35,686 nucleotides of DNA from Candidatus Omnitrophota bacterium (GTDB taxonomy: Bacteria > Ratteibacteria > UBA8468 > B48-G9 > JAFGKM01), in contig QNCF01000001.1 in assembly GCA_003644395.1 (NCBI GenBank), forward strand, positions 1 to 35,686. Reading direction: 5' to 3'. Positions 17,095 through 25,225 of this stretch are shown in pieces; positions within the stretch are counted from its first letter, which is position 1; the number at the start of each line of letters is the position of its first letter. Under the pieces are notes generated by a model. That model saw only the letters and a list, made by a program, of their open reading frames with translations. It had not been told where the DNA came from and did no database searches. Both the position numbers and the translations under genes were made by a program.

Positions 17095-17842
17095 TTTCTA
17101 TTCTGTTAAGAAGGTAAATAATCTCATCCATATCCTGGAACCTTTCCTTAGGGTCTTCCTTTGTTGAAACTTCTATAATATGAGAAATCTCATTTGTAAT
17201 TGGGAAATTCAATTGAGAAAATATATTCTCCATACTTTTTCCAAAAGAATAGATATCCACTCTTTTATCAATCCTTCCCTGATAGACTTCAGGAGCAATA
17301 TATCCTCTCGTTCCACCAGAAGAAGGCGGATTTTTCCAGAAAATAAATCTCTTTTTCCTTGCAAGTCCAAAATCTGTAATCTTTACTTTTTTCAGAGAGT
17401 AGGAGAGTAATATATTTGAAGGATTGAAATCTTTATGGATGATACCCTTTTTATGAAGATAAGAAAGACCCAAAGCAGATTTTTTCAATATTTCTATAAT
17501 CTTTTCAAATGTGAATACTTCCTTTTTCGTTTTTATCATCTTATTCAGGTCAATATCCAGAAGTTCCATGAAAATAAAAAAATTTCCTTCATATTCCACA
17601 AAATCATAGACTTTTACTATATTCTCATGTTCAAGTGACATTGCAATATGTGCTTCATTTTTAAACCTTTTAATCTGCTCCTTTTCAATTCTTCTTGGAT
17701 GCAATACTTTAACAGCAATTACATTTCCAAAAGGAGGGTTAAGTGTAACACTTGTTGCTTTATAGACTGTGGAAAATCCTCCTGAACCAACCATCTCCTC
17801 AAGTCTGTATCCCTTTACCACAAATCCAGACCTTACCTTCAT
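17078..17842 (-). CDS. Hanks-type Ser/Thr protein kinase, catalytic domain only, with an atypical catalytic loop
   Basis: 254 aa with Gly loop GSGGFSTV, VAIK-type Lys in IAVKVL, catalytic loop HKDFNPSN (canonical HRDLKPxN), DFG (ITDFGLA) and APE (YIAPE). There are no extra domains or TM segments. The stop overlaps the start of the 841 aa fusion by 17 nt. Confidence 0.8.
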   Translation of the reverse strand: MKVRSGFVVKGYRLEEMVGSGGFSTVYKATSVTLNPPFGNVIAVKVLHPRRIEKEQIKRFKNEAHIAMSLEHENIVKVYDFVEYEGNFFIFMELLDIDLNKMIKTKKEVFTFEKIIEILKKSALGLSYLHKKGIIHKDFNPSNILLSYSLKKVKITDFGLARKKRFIFWKNPPSSGGTRGYIAPEVYQGRIDKRVDIYSFGKSMENIFSQLNFPITNEISHIIEVSTKEDPKERFQDMDEIIYLLNRIENGKRV

Positions 17843-17861
17843 TTTTTTGAAAAATCATTAC

Positions 17862-17889
17862 ATTTTAAACCATTTAAAATTTTTGTCAA
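17862..17889 (-). promoter_or_regulatory. Possible sigma70-type promoter for the kinase-to-etfA sub-operon
   Basis: Read on the minus strand: TTGACA (17889-17884), a 16 nt spacer, then TAAAAT (17867-17862), ending 19 nt before the kinase ATG. The -35 hexamer contains the TGA stop of the upstream gene. No SD lies between the -10 and the ATG. Confidence 0.35.
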
Positions 17890-18947
17890 TCCTTGCTTCT
17901 TTTAACTTTATATGGTAAAAGCCATCTTTTCCTTCTTATAAATGGTTCGTTTTTAAACCTCTGCTCAACAATACCTGCTTTTTCTAAGAAATTGAAACAA
18001 CTTCTCATGCAACCTCTGGAACCGCATATTCCGTAACTTCCTCCAACTCCCCATTTCTGTAAATAGGCATGCCCTTCAATTATATAACCTGACGGGAATT
18101 CTTCTGTCTTCCTCCATTTACCTGTGGAAAGACTCCAGCAGAATTTGTAAGCAGCTTCTTCTGAAAAATTCTGCTTCCTTGCATCTATGTTCCATCCTGG
18201 AAAGGATTTGTGGATGAAAGGAGAGACTCTTGAATCACCACCGTGATAACTTAAAGTGCATTTTCCAAGGTCAATATCTGCCCATTCATAAGTATAATTT
18301 TCTATCTTTATACTTACTTTTTTTCCTTCTTTTATGTGTGGTATTGCATTTGAAGGACAACCTTTAACACATTCCATACACCTTTTGCATATACTTCCAG
18401 GTTTTACAAGAGGGTCTGGTTCAACTTCAAGGTCTGTGATTATAGCATGCAATCTCTGTCTTGGCCCATATTTTTTTGTCAAAAAAACTTTGCTCCATCC
18501 AATCTCTCCAAGGCCAGCACAGACTGCTGCTATTCTTATTGCAAGATGGACATCTGGAGGTGGCTGATTTTCTCTCAATGGCTTTCCAGGTGGTTTCGCT
18601 TCAGGAACTCCTGAATAGTAAGGAACTGCTTCATATCCATAATCTTCAATGAAACAGGCAAGTTCATATAATGGGAGCTGGATGAAAAATGAGTTTAAAA
18701 GTCCATGGTAATCAAAATAAGTATAGGATACCCAGTTTGTCCCCTCCTCAATTCCGCGCCAGCCTCCCCTTAATATCCTTTTCCCCACAACTATGACTGT
18801 CTTTGCTTCTGGAAAAATACTTTTTGGATGCATATCTACTGGAGCATTTTCAAATCTTTCAATATTTGCAAAACCTATAAGGTCAAGTCCAAGTGAATAT
18901 GCAACCTCTCTTATTTTTTCTTTTGTCAATCTTTTTCCCATTTCCAC
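17886..18947 (-). CDS. QueG / reductive-dehalogenase-superfamily Fe-S protein (single module, long C-terminal extension)
   Basis: 353 aa. The block AAVCAGLGEIGWSKVFLTKKYGPRQRLHAIITDLEVEPDP, followed by CKRCMECVKGCPSNAI, matches the AGLGxxG...GxxxR...CxxCxxCxxxCP core of epoxyqueuosine reductase and RdhA-like proteins. Further Cys (CTLSYHGG, CGSRGCMRSC) could form a second cluster. Confidence 0.65.
   Translation of the reverse strand: MEMGKRLTKEKIREVAYSLGLDLIGFANIERFENAPVDMHPKSIFPEAKTVIVVGKRILRGGWRGIEEGTNWVSYTYFDYHGLLNSFFIQLPLYELACFIEDYGYEAVPYYSGVPEAKPPGKPLRENQPPPDVHLAIRIAAVCAGLGEIGWSKVFLTKKYGPRQRLHAIITDLEVEPDPLVKPGSICKRCMECVKGCPSNAIPHIKEGKKVSIKIENYTYEWADIDLGKCTLSYHGGDSRVSPFIHKSFPGWNIDARKQNFSEEAAYKFCWSLSTGKWRKTEEFPSGYIIEGHAYLQKWGVGGSYGICGSRGCMRSCFNFLEKAGIVEQRFKNEPFIRRKRWLLPYKVKRSKD
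18774..18830. repeat. 57-bp near-identical tract shared with 19601-19657 (copy A)
   Basis: tatccttttccccacaactatGactgtctttgcttctggaaaaatactttttggatg. It is 56/57 identical to copy B and encodes HPKSIFPEAKTVIVVGKRI on the minus strand. The flanking sequence is diverged. Confidence 0.9.
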
Positions 18948-19759
18948 ACAGACCTCTTTCTGAATTTTTCATTGAATAAATTTTTTATTCTTTTCTTCTT
19001 CTCAAGATGAGAAAGGCATGTTCTTGAACATAAAGCAGCTATTCTGTCTGGTTTTGCATCTTCATAATAAATATTTGGAAATACACCATTTTTACATATC
19101 CTGCACTTTTCCCATTCAATTTCTGCAACGACCATTTCCTTTCCACATATTTTTATTTTTCTTTCTTTTCCACCTATTGCATTAAGAGGACATATCCTCA
19201 CACATTCTTTACATAAATCACATATATTTTCTTTTTTTATCGGGTCTGGCTCTATCTCAGCATCGGTAATAATTGCCTGGAATCTCTGTCTTGGGCCAAA
19301 TTCAGGAGTTAAAAATATCCCGCAATATCCAATCTCTCCAAGACCTGCTCTTACTGCTGCATCTTCTATATCAATCAAAACATTTGGAGCAGGATACCCT
19401 TTCTTCACAGGTATCCCCATCGGTGGAGTATCTGGAGGAATATTCGGTAAAGGGACTGCTTCATATCCTCTATCTTCAAGAAATTCACTTATTTTAAAAG
19501 TCACCATTGCAAGGAACCTGTCTTCAAGCCAGATTCTTCCGTAAAATGAATAAATGCCAAACTGTGTCCCTTCCTCAACACCTCTCAGCGTCCCTCTTGT
19601 TATCCTTTTCCCCACAACTATAACTGTCTTTGCTTCTGGAAAAATACTTTTTGGATGGTGCTGTTTTTCAATCCCATCAAATCTTTCAATATTTGCTATT
19701 CCAATTAAATCTGCTTTCACCTTCCTTGCATACTCTTTCAATTCTTCTTTATCAATCAT
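18926..19759 (-). CDS. QueG / reductive-dehalogenase-superfamily Fe-S protein (single module, short form)
   Basis: 277 aa with AAVRAGLGEIGYCGIFLTPEFGPRQRFQAIITDAEIEPDP, CDLCKECVRICPLNAI, CRICKNG and CSRTC. It has a 4-nt overlap with the upstream gene and a 22-nt overlap with the downstream gene. Confidence 0.65.
   Translation of the reverse strand: MIDKEELKEYARKVKADLIGIANIERFDGIEKQHHPKSIFPEAKTVIVVGKRITRGTLRGVEEGTQFGIYSFYGRIWLEDRFLAMVTFKISEFLEDRGYEAVPLPNIPPDTPPMGIPVKKGYPAPNVLIDIEDAAVRAGLGEIGYCGIFLTPEFGPRQRFQAIITDAEIEPDPIKKENICDLCKECVRICPLNAIGGKERKIKICGKEMVVAEIEWEKCRICKNGVFPNIYYEDAKPDRIAALCSRTCLSHLEKKKRIKNLFNEKFRKRSVWKWEKD
19601..19657. repeat. 57-bp near-identical tract shared with 18774-18830 (copy B)
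   Basis: tatccttttccccacaactatAactgtctttgcttctggaaaaatactttttggatg. The single difference from copy A (19622 vs 18795) is a synonymous Val codon change. Confidence 0.9.
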
Positions 19760-21972
19760 TCCCTCCTCCCCTTAAATGGGCAAACTCTTATACATTCCTC
19801 ACATATATTTAAATGCCTTTTCTGCACTCCCCATTTCACTTTACTCACATTCCTTGCAATTTTCTCAATATCTATATTTTCAGAAATATTTATCTCAGGG
19901 TTTATCCCATAATATTTTGGCCCTTCCTCACCACTTAAACAATATCTTTTTGCCATGTCACATTTATAAAGGTCAATAACAGGATATTTAAAATCTATCC
20001 CTTCAAATTCAAAACTCACCGTTTCATTTTTTATCGCATCTGTTGGGCATGATGAAATACATAAATTACAGTCTTCACAATAATTTTTTCCATTATAGAG
20101 AGGGTCATCTTCAAAAAATCCATCTGTTAAAACAAAGATAAATCTCTGTCTCTGTCCAAACTTTTCAGTAATTATTACTCCATTCTTTCCAATATAACCG
20201 ATACCTGACAGGAAAGCCTCAAAGTTCCCTGTCCTTGCATCTGGGAGATAACCTCTTGAATTCTTTACATATGAATAAAAACCGGTGATTGAATGGGTGA
20301 GAGTAGCTTTATATCCATTTCCTTCAAGGAACTTTACAAGATTCAATCCAATATCCTTTAAAAGAAGGAGTGTCTCATAATGAGCATAGGCATAAGGGCT
20401 GACTGTTTCAGCAGGGGTTACCTTTGCAGTATCAATACATGCATCAGGGAAATGAAGACCGATTGCTATTGCAGATTTTCCATCCTCCAAATAATCTTCA
20501 AATTTTTTAATCTTTATTTTCCTTTCCCTGATTTCAGGAATAAATGGCCCATAAATCTTTCCCTTATCCAAAATCTCATAATAATTTTCTGGAATAAAAT
20601 TTCCCATCTTTTTTATAAATCTCTCATACCTTTCTTTTGTGAAAAATCCAACAAGGTCTGCTCCCTGATTTAAACAGAAATCTTTAATATCTTCCTTCCT
20701 CAAATTTCTCCTTCCTTTCTTACTTTCATATCTTACATTCGGAAAATCTGCTCCTGTAATAACTGTGGAAAAATAATAGTTTTTAACTTTACCTGTTATT
20801 TCCTGACCTATGAGTGAATGCGGGATATTGTAGGATGTGATTGAAGAATAGCCAGATATATCAAAAAGATGAGCAATTTTGAAAGACAAAAGGTTTAATC
20901 TTCTTTCAACTGAAGATAAAAGGTCAGGAGTTTCATTATCCACCTTAATCCCTATTGAGATTACGCTCTTCCCATCAGGTAAATGGTATTCGGGATGGAA
21001 ATAATTTGAATTTCTGAAATTATCAACAGGACAGGAGACAAAAATATCAATGAAGTTTTCTTCAACCATCTTTAAAATTTCATTTTTTAAAATTTCCGGT
21101 GATTTTTTTATCTCCTTTTTTCTCCTTGGAGCATCTGTATAATCTTTCTGATAGTACCTTTTCTGAGGAACCATACAGTATTTAAGGCACATCCCTTCTT
21201 CCCCACCTTTTATTCCATATTTTTCAAGATTTTCAAGAATTACTTCCTCATCAACTTTTTCAGGGATTGGAAGTGAAAGATTTAAAAGGAAATTCTCAGC
21301 CCAGGCACATCTCCACTTATTTATATCAGGGAATTCAAAAATCTTTCCCCCTATTTCAATTCTGTTTATCTTTTTCACTTCCTTTCTGAAAGCATCTGTT
21401 GGACAGTGCCTTACACATTCCATACACCTGTCACATAATCTTTCTCCTTCATACATTGGGTCAGGTAAAAGTTCAGCCTCTGTAATAACTGAAATCACTC
21501 TCTGCCTTGGGCCAAATTCAGGAGATAAAAAAAGACCGCTCCATCCAATCTCACCGAGACCAGCACAGACTGCTGCATATCTATGGGCAAGGTCTGGAGC
21601 AAAGGAAATTTTAAGGTCTTTATAAGGATAATATCTCCATATATTGGTTGAAGCAATAGGCAATGTTTTATATCCCTTTTTTTCAAGGAATATCGCCATT
21701 TTGAATGCCAAATCATCAAGAATTGGATTCATTGCTGCACTTTGCGTGCGATAAGGACCCATATCATGTGGGGTGGGATATCCTCCAAGTTCAACAGCAC
21801 AATCAAGATGGTGTATACCCATAACTATCACACTTTTTGCTTCAGGTAGCAGACCCTTTGGACTCATCCTTAAAGGTGCATTCTTAAATCTCTCAACAGG
21901 AGCAATTCCAACAAGGTCTGCTCCAAGTTTTTTGGCATAATCCTTAACTTCACTTGTAAGTTTTTCCTCCAT
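19756..21972 (-). CDS. Internally duplicated QueG / reductive-dehalogenase-superfamily Fe-S protein (two modules in one polypeptide)
   Basis: 738 aa. N-module: KKLGADLVGIAPVERF, AAVCAGLGEIGWSGLFLSPEFGPRQRVISVITEAELLPDP, CDRCMECVRHCPTDAF. C-module: NQGADLVGFFTKERY, LSGIGYIGKNGVIITEKFGQRQRFIFVLTDGFFEDDP, CEDCNLCISSCPTDAI, CEECIRVCP. Confidence 0.65.
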   Translation of the reverse strand: MEEKLTSEVKDYAKKLGADLVGIAPVERFKNAPLRMSPKGLLPEAKSVIVMGIHHLDCAVELGGYPTPHDMGPYRTQSAAMNPILDDLAFKMAIFLEKKGYKTLPIASTNIWRYYPYKDLKISFAPDLAHRYAAVCAGLGEIGWSGLFLSPEFGPRQRVISVITEAELLPDPMYEGERLCDRCMECVRHCPTDAFRKEVKKINRIEIGGKIFEFPDINKWRCAWAENFLLNLSLPIPEKVDEEVILENLEKYGIKGGEEGMCLKYCMVPQKRYYQKDYTDAPRRKKEIKKSPEILKNEILKMVEENFIDIFVSCPVDNFRNSNYFHPEYHLPDGKSVISIGIKVDNETPDLLSSVERRLNLLSFKIAHLFDISGYSSITSYNIPHSLIGQEITGKVKNYYFSTVITGADFPNVRYESKKGRRNLRKEDIKDFCLNQGADLVGFFTKERYERFIKKMGNFIPENYYEILDKGKIYGPFIPEIRERKIKIKKFEDYLEDGKSAIAIGLHFPDACIDTAKVTPAETVSPYAYAHYETLLLLKDIGLNLVKFLEGNGYKATLTHSITGFYSYVKNSRGYLPDARTGNFEAFLSGIGYIGKNGVIITEKFGQRQRFIFVLTDGFFEDDPLYNGKNYCEDCNLCISSCPTDAIKNETVSFEFEGIDFKYPVIDLYKCDMAKRYCLSGEEGPKYYGINPEINISENIDIEKIARNVSKVKWGVQKRHLNICEECIRVCPFKGRRE

Positions 21973-21975
21973 CTT

Positions 21976-22530
21976 CTACCTCCTGCTTCCTGGCTTTACA
22001 AGAGGAATACCTTTCTTACATAATGGGCATTCTGAAGGATGGTAATTTTTAATTTCCAGTTTAAGGAGGGACTTAACTGGATATGGGAATTCTGCTTTCC
22101 CTCTTTCAACAATACATCCTATACCAACAATCTCTCCTTTCTTTTCTCTCACAATCTCTATAACCTCCCCAACAGATAACCCTGTCGTTATAACATCTTC
22201 ACATATAAGAACTCTCTCTCCTTCAAGAATATCAAATCCTCTCCTCAATCTCATCTTTCCGTTTTCCCTTTCCGCAAATATACTCCTTGCTTTTAAAATC
22301 CTTCCAAGTTCATAGGAAAGTATTATTCCACCTATCGCAGGCCCTATCACAACATCTATTTTCTCATCTTTAAACATTTTTGCAAGTTGAAAAGCTATCT
22401 TTTCCCCATATTCCGGATACTGGAAAACAAGTGCTATCTGAAAATATTTATCTGAATGGAGTCCTGAAGATAGTAAAAAATGTCCTTTTAAAATTGCCCC
22501 TGTCTCTTCAAGAATTTTTTCAATATCCAT
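21976..22530 (-). CDS. pyrE: Orotate phosphoribosyltransferase
   Basis: 184 aa with GHFLLSSGLHSDKYFQ and the PRPP-binding loop VLICEDVITTGLS. Confidence 0.85.
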   Translation of the reverse strand: MDIEKILEETGAILKGHFLLSSGLHSDKYFQIALVFQYPEYGEKIAFQLAKMFKDEKIDVVIGPAIGGIILSYELGRILKARSIFAERENGKMRLRRGFDILEGERVLICEDVITTGLSVGEVIEIVREKKGEIVGIGCIVERGKAEFPYPVKSLLKLEIKNYHPSECPLCKKGIPLVKPGSRR

Positions 22531-23413
22531 TTTTTCTCCTTCCTTTAGTTTCAGAAATAAATAACTTTTCGTATTCCCTCATTAAATATTGTGTAATCGG
22601 GAAATTATCACTTTTAAATATCCCTTCTATCTCCCTTACAGGTAATATCCCGCAAAGTGTATTTGTAATAAATACTTCATCAGCATCCTTCAAAGAAGAA
22701 ATAGTATATTTTCCCTCTTCAAATTCAATATCCAGCCTTTCGCATATCTCCAGAACCAGATTCCTTGTTATCCCCTCAAGAATACCACATTCTAAGGATG
22801 GAGTGAAGAGTTTCCCTTTAATAATAAAGAATAAATTTGCAACTGTCGCTTCTGATATTTCTCCCTTACTGTTTAGAAGAATGGCATCATCATATCCTTT
22901 CATTTTTGCTTCAATTCTTGCAAGGACATTTCCTGCAAATGAAAGGGATTTCACTCTTGATAAAATTGATTTCTCATTTACATAAAAGTTTTTGCTCACC
23001 ATACACCTTATACCTTTCTGATAAAATTCATCAGGATATGGATGGTAAGGCCTTGCAATTATTAAAATAAAAGATTCCCTTTCATCCTGTGGGTCAAAAA
23101 ATAAAGGGGCTTTCCTCCATACATTTATTCTAACATATGCATCTTCTATTTTTGCTTTCTTTAAAAGTCTTATTATATCCTCCTCAACTTCCTCTTTTTC
23201 TTTATTTATTGAAAGATTGCAGAAGCAAGCATTTTTAACAAGCCTTTCCCAGTGGTGTTCCCATCTGAATATCACATAATTTCTCACCCTTAATGTATCA
23301 AAAATACCATCACCATAAAGAAATCCTCTCCATAAATCATCAATCGTTATATTTTTGAAAGGAATAATCTTTCCCTCAAACAAGCATTCTCTTAAATTCT
23401 CCTTCATTTTCAA
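22520..23413 (-). CDS. pabC: Class IV PLP-dependent aminotransferase-fold protein, probably aminodeoxychorismate lyase
   Basis: 297 aa with GDGIFDTLRV, GEISEATVANLFFIIKGKLFTPSLECGILEGITR and VFITNTLCGILPV. It overlaps the 3' end of pabB by 38 nt. The assignment versus a branched-chain/D-amino-acid aminotransferase rests on context only. Confidence 0.6.
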   Translation of the reverse strand: MKMKENLRECLFEGKIIPFKNITIDDLWRGFLYGDGIFDTLRVRNYVIFRWEHHWERLVKNACFCNLSINKEKEEVEEDIIRLLKKAKIEDAYVRINVWRKAPLFFDPQDERESFILIIARPYHPYPDEFYQKGIRCMVSKNFYVNEKSILSRVKSLSFAGNVLARIEAKMKGYDDAILLNSKGEISEATVANLFFIIKGKLFTPSLECGILEGITRNLVLEICERLDIEFEEGKYTISSLKDADEVFITNTLCGILPVREIEGIFKSDNFPITQYLMREYEKLFISETKGRRKNGY

Positions 23414-24785
23414 AACCCAGGGTTAAAAAGAATGCCTTTGCTTTCGTTATTGTCTCCTCATATTCCTTCTCAGGGATACTGTCCCAAACTATCCCGCCTC
23501 CCACAGGATAATAAAGTTTTTGACCTTTAAGGAGGATTGTCCTTATCATAATATTGAGCTCCATGCACCCGTTCAATCCAACATAACCGAAACTTCCTGT
23601 ATAGAAAGACCTTTTGGTAGGTTCGAGTTCCTCAATTATCTCCATCGCCCTTACTTTTGGAGCACCTGTTATTGAACCACCTGGAAATGTCGCTTTCAAT
23701 AAATCAACTGTATCCACCCCTTCTTTTAAAGTGCCTTCAATAAGGGATGTTGTCTGGTAAACTGTCCTGTATTTTTCAAGTATCCGCAATTTTTTAACCT
23801 TTACACTCCCAAATTCACATATCTTTCCAAGGTCATTCCTTTCAAGGTCAACTATCATTACAAGTTCTGCTTTATCCTTTTCACTTTTAAGAAGTTCACT
23901 TTTATAAATTATATCATCTGTTTTTGTCCTTCCCCTCGGTCTTGTCCCTTTCATAGGTCTTGTAATCACTGCCCTTCCTGTCTTTTTAATGAATAATTCT
24001 GGAGAATTTGAAAGGATTTTGAAATCTCCTGCATTGAAATATCCGGAAAATGAAGTTGGGTTTACATTCCTTATTTTCAGATATATATTTTCAGGGCAAA
24101 ATTTACCATCTGCTTCTATTCTCTGGGAAAAATTTATCTGGTAAACATCTCCATTTCTGATATATTCCTTTATTTTTTTGATAGACTCTATATATCTTGA
24201 TACCCTCATATTTGAAGATATTCCTTTGATTTCAACGGGTGTATCTTTCCTTTCCTTATATTTTCCAGCATTTTCAAATAGAGTTTTTATGTATTTATAA
24301 AATGAATTGAATTTCTTTCTATAAACAGACTCATTCCCATTTATATTTATCCCTGCCAAAACTGTCTTCTTCTCTCCATGGTCAAATATAAGGAAAAACT
24401 CATAAAAACATAAAAATATATCAGGGATATTTAAATCATCTTTTGAAATATCAGGGAGTCTCTCAATCTCCCATGCCAAATCATAAGAAAAATACCCAAG
24501 CCCACCGGGAGAGAAGAAAGGACTGGAAATATAGGAATATTTTTTCAAAAATTTATCAAGGATTATGAGAGGGTCTCCATTAAATCTTTTCACATCACCG
24601 AATTCCCACACAGATATATCCTTTCTCTTACTGGTAAATATTAAAAACGGCCTCAATCCCATCACTGAATAACTTCCCTTTGTTCTTTTACAACTATCAA
24701 GGTAGCAAAAATATCTTTCACAATTTAAAATTTTGAAAATTGAGGCTGGACAAATATAGGGAAGTTTTTTTGAGAAAATTTTCAT
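23376..24785 (-). CDS. pabB: Aminodeoxychorismate synthase component I (chorismate-binding enzyme family)
   Basis: 469 aa with NSPELFIK, TRPMKGTRPRG, MIVDLERNDLGKIC, FPGGSITGAPKVRAMEIIEELEP and RSFYTGSFGY. The pabB versus trpE call rests on the adjacent class IV lyase-like gene. Confidence 0.75.
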   Translation of the reverse strand: MKIFSKKLPYICPASIFKILNCERYFCYLDSCKRTKGSYSVMGLRPFLIFTSKRKDISVWEFGDVKRFNGDPLIILDKFLKKYSYISSPFFSPGGLGYFSYDLAWEIERLPDISKDDLNIPDIFLCFYEFFLIFDHGEKKTVLAGININGNESVYRKKFNSFYKYIKTLFENAGKYKERKDTPVEIKGISSNMRVSRYIESIKKIKEYIRNGDVYQINFSQRIEADGKFCPENIYLKIRNVNPTSFSGYFNAGDFKILSNSPELFIKKTGRAVITRPMKGTRPRGRTKTDDIIYKSELLKSEKDKAELVMIVDLERNDLGKICEFGSVKVKKLRILEKYRTVYQTTSLIEGTLKEGVDTVDLLKATFPGGSITGAPKVRAMEIIEELEPTKRSFYTGSFGYVGLNGCMELNIMIRTILLKGQKLYYPVGGGIVWDSIPEKEYEETITKAKAFFLTLGFENEGEFKRMLV

Positions 24786-25225
24786 TTCTCAAGTTTTTTT
24801 ATTTTATTAACCCTCCGCAGATGCCTGCCTTTAAGGAAAGGTGTCTCAAGAAAAACTTTTGTTATTTCCCATGCAAGTTCCTTTGCAATTATACGCCCAC
24901 CAAATGTAATAACATTTGCATCATTATGTTCTCTTGCAAGTTTGGCAAGGAAAGTTGAATTGCATAAAGCAGCCCTTACACCTTTAAATTTATTTGCTGT
25001 TATGCTCATTCCAATACCTGTTCCGCATATAAGGATACCCCTTTCAATCTCTCCATCAGAGATACTCTTTGCAACTTTCACTCCATAATCAGGATAATCA
25101 ACTGCTTTTTTAAATTCCGGCCCAAAATCAATCACCTCATATCCTTCTTTTTTAAGTTTATCTTTAAGATATTCTTTTATCTCAAATCCAGCATGGTCAC
25201 TTGCTATCCCTACTTTCATAAACAT
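24782..25225 (-). CDS. rpiB: Ribose-5-phosphate isomerase B (RpiB/LacAB family)
   Basis: 147 aa with MKVGIASDHAGFEIKEYLK and ILICGTGIGMSITANK. The true start may be the second Met, at 25219. Confidence 0.85.
   Translation of the reverse strand: MFMKVGIASDHAGFEIKEYLKDKLKKEGYEVIDFGPEFKKAVDYPDYGVKVAKSISDGEIERGILICGTGIGMSITANKFKGVRAALCNSTFLAKLAREHNDANVITFGGRIIAKELAWEITKVFLETPFLKGRHLRRVNKIKKLEK

Noticed and set aside
19756-21972. The 738 aa two-module QueG-like protein as an artefact of two genes merged by a sequencing error.
   Set aside because: The frame is uninterrupted for 2217 nt. The ~130 aa linker is ordinary coding-like sequence. The second module has no SD or start context of its own. 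This cannot be fully excluded without reads.
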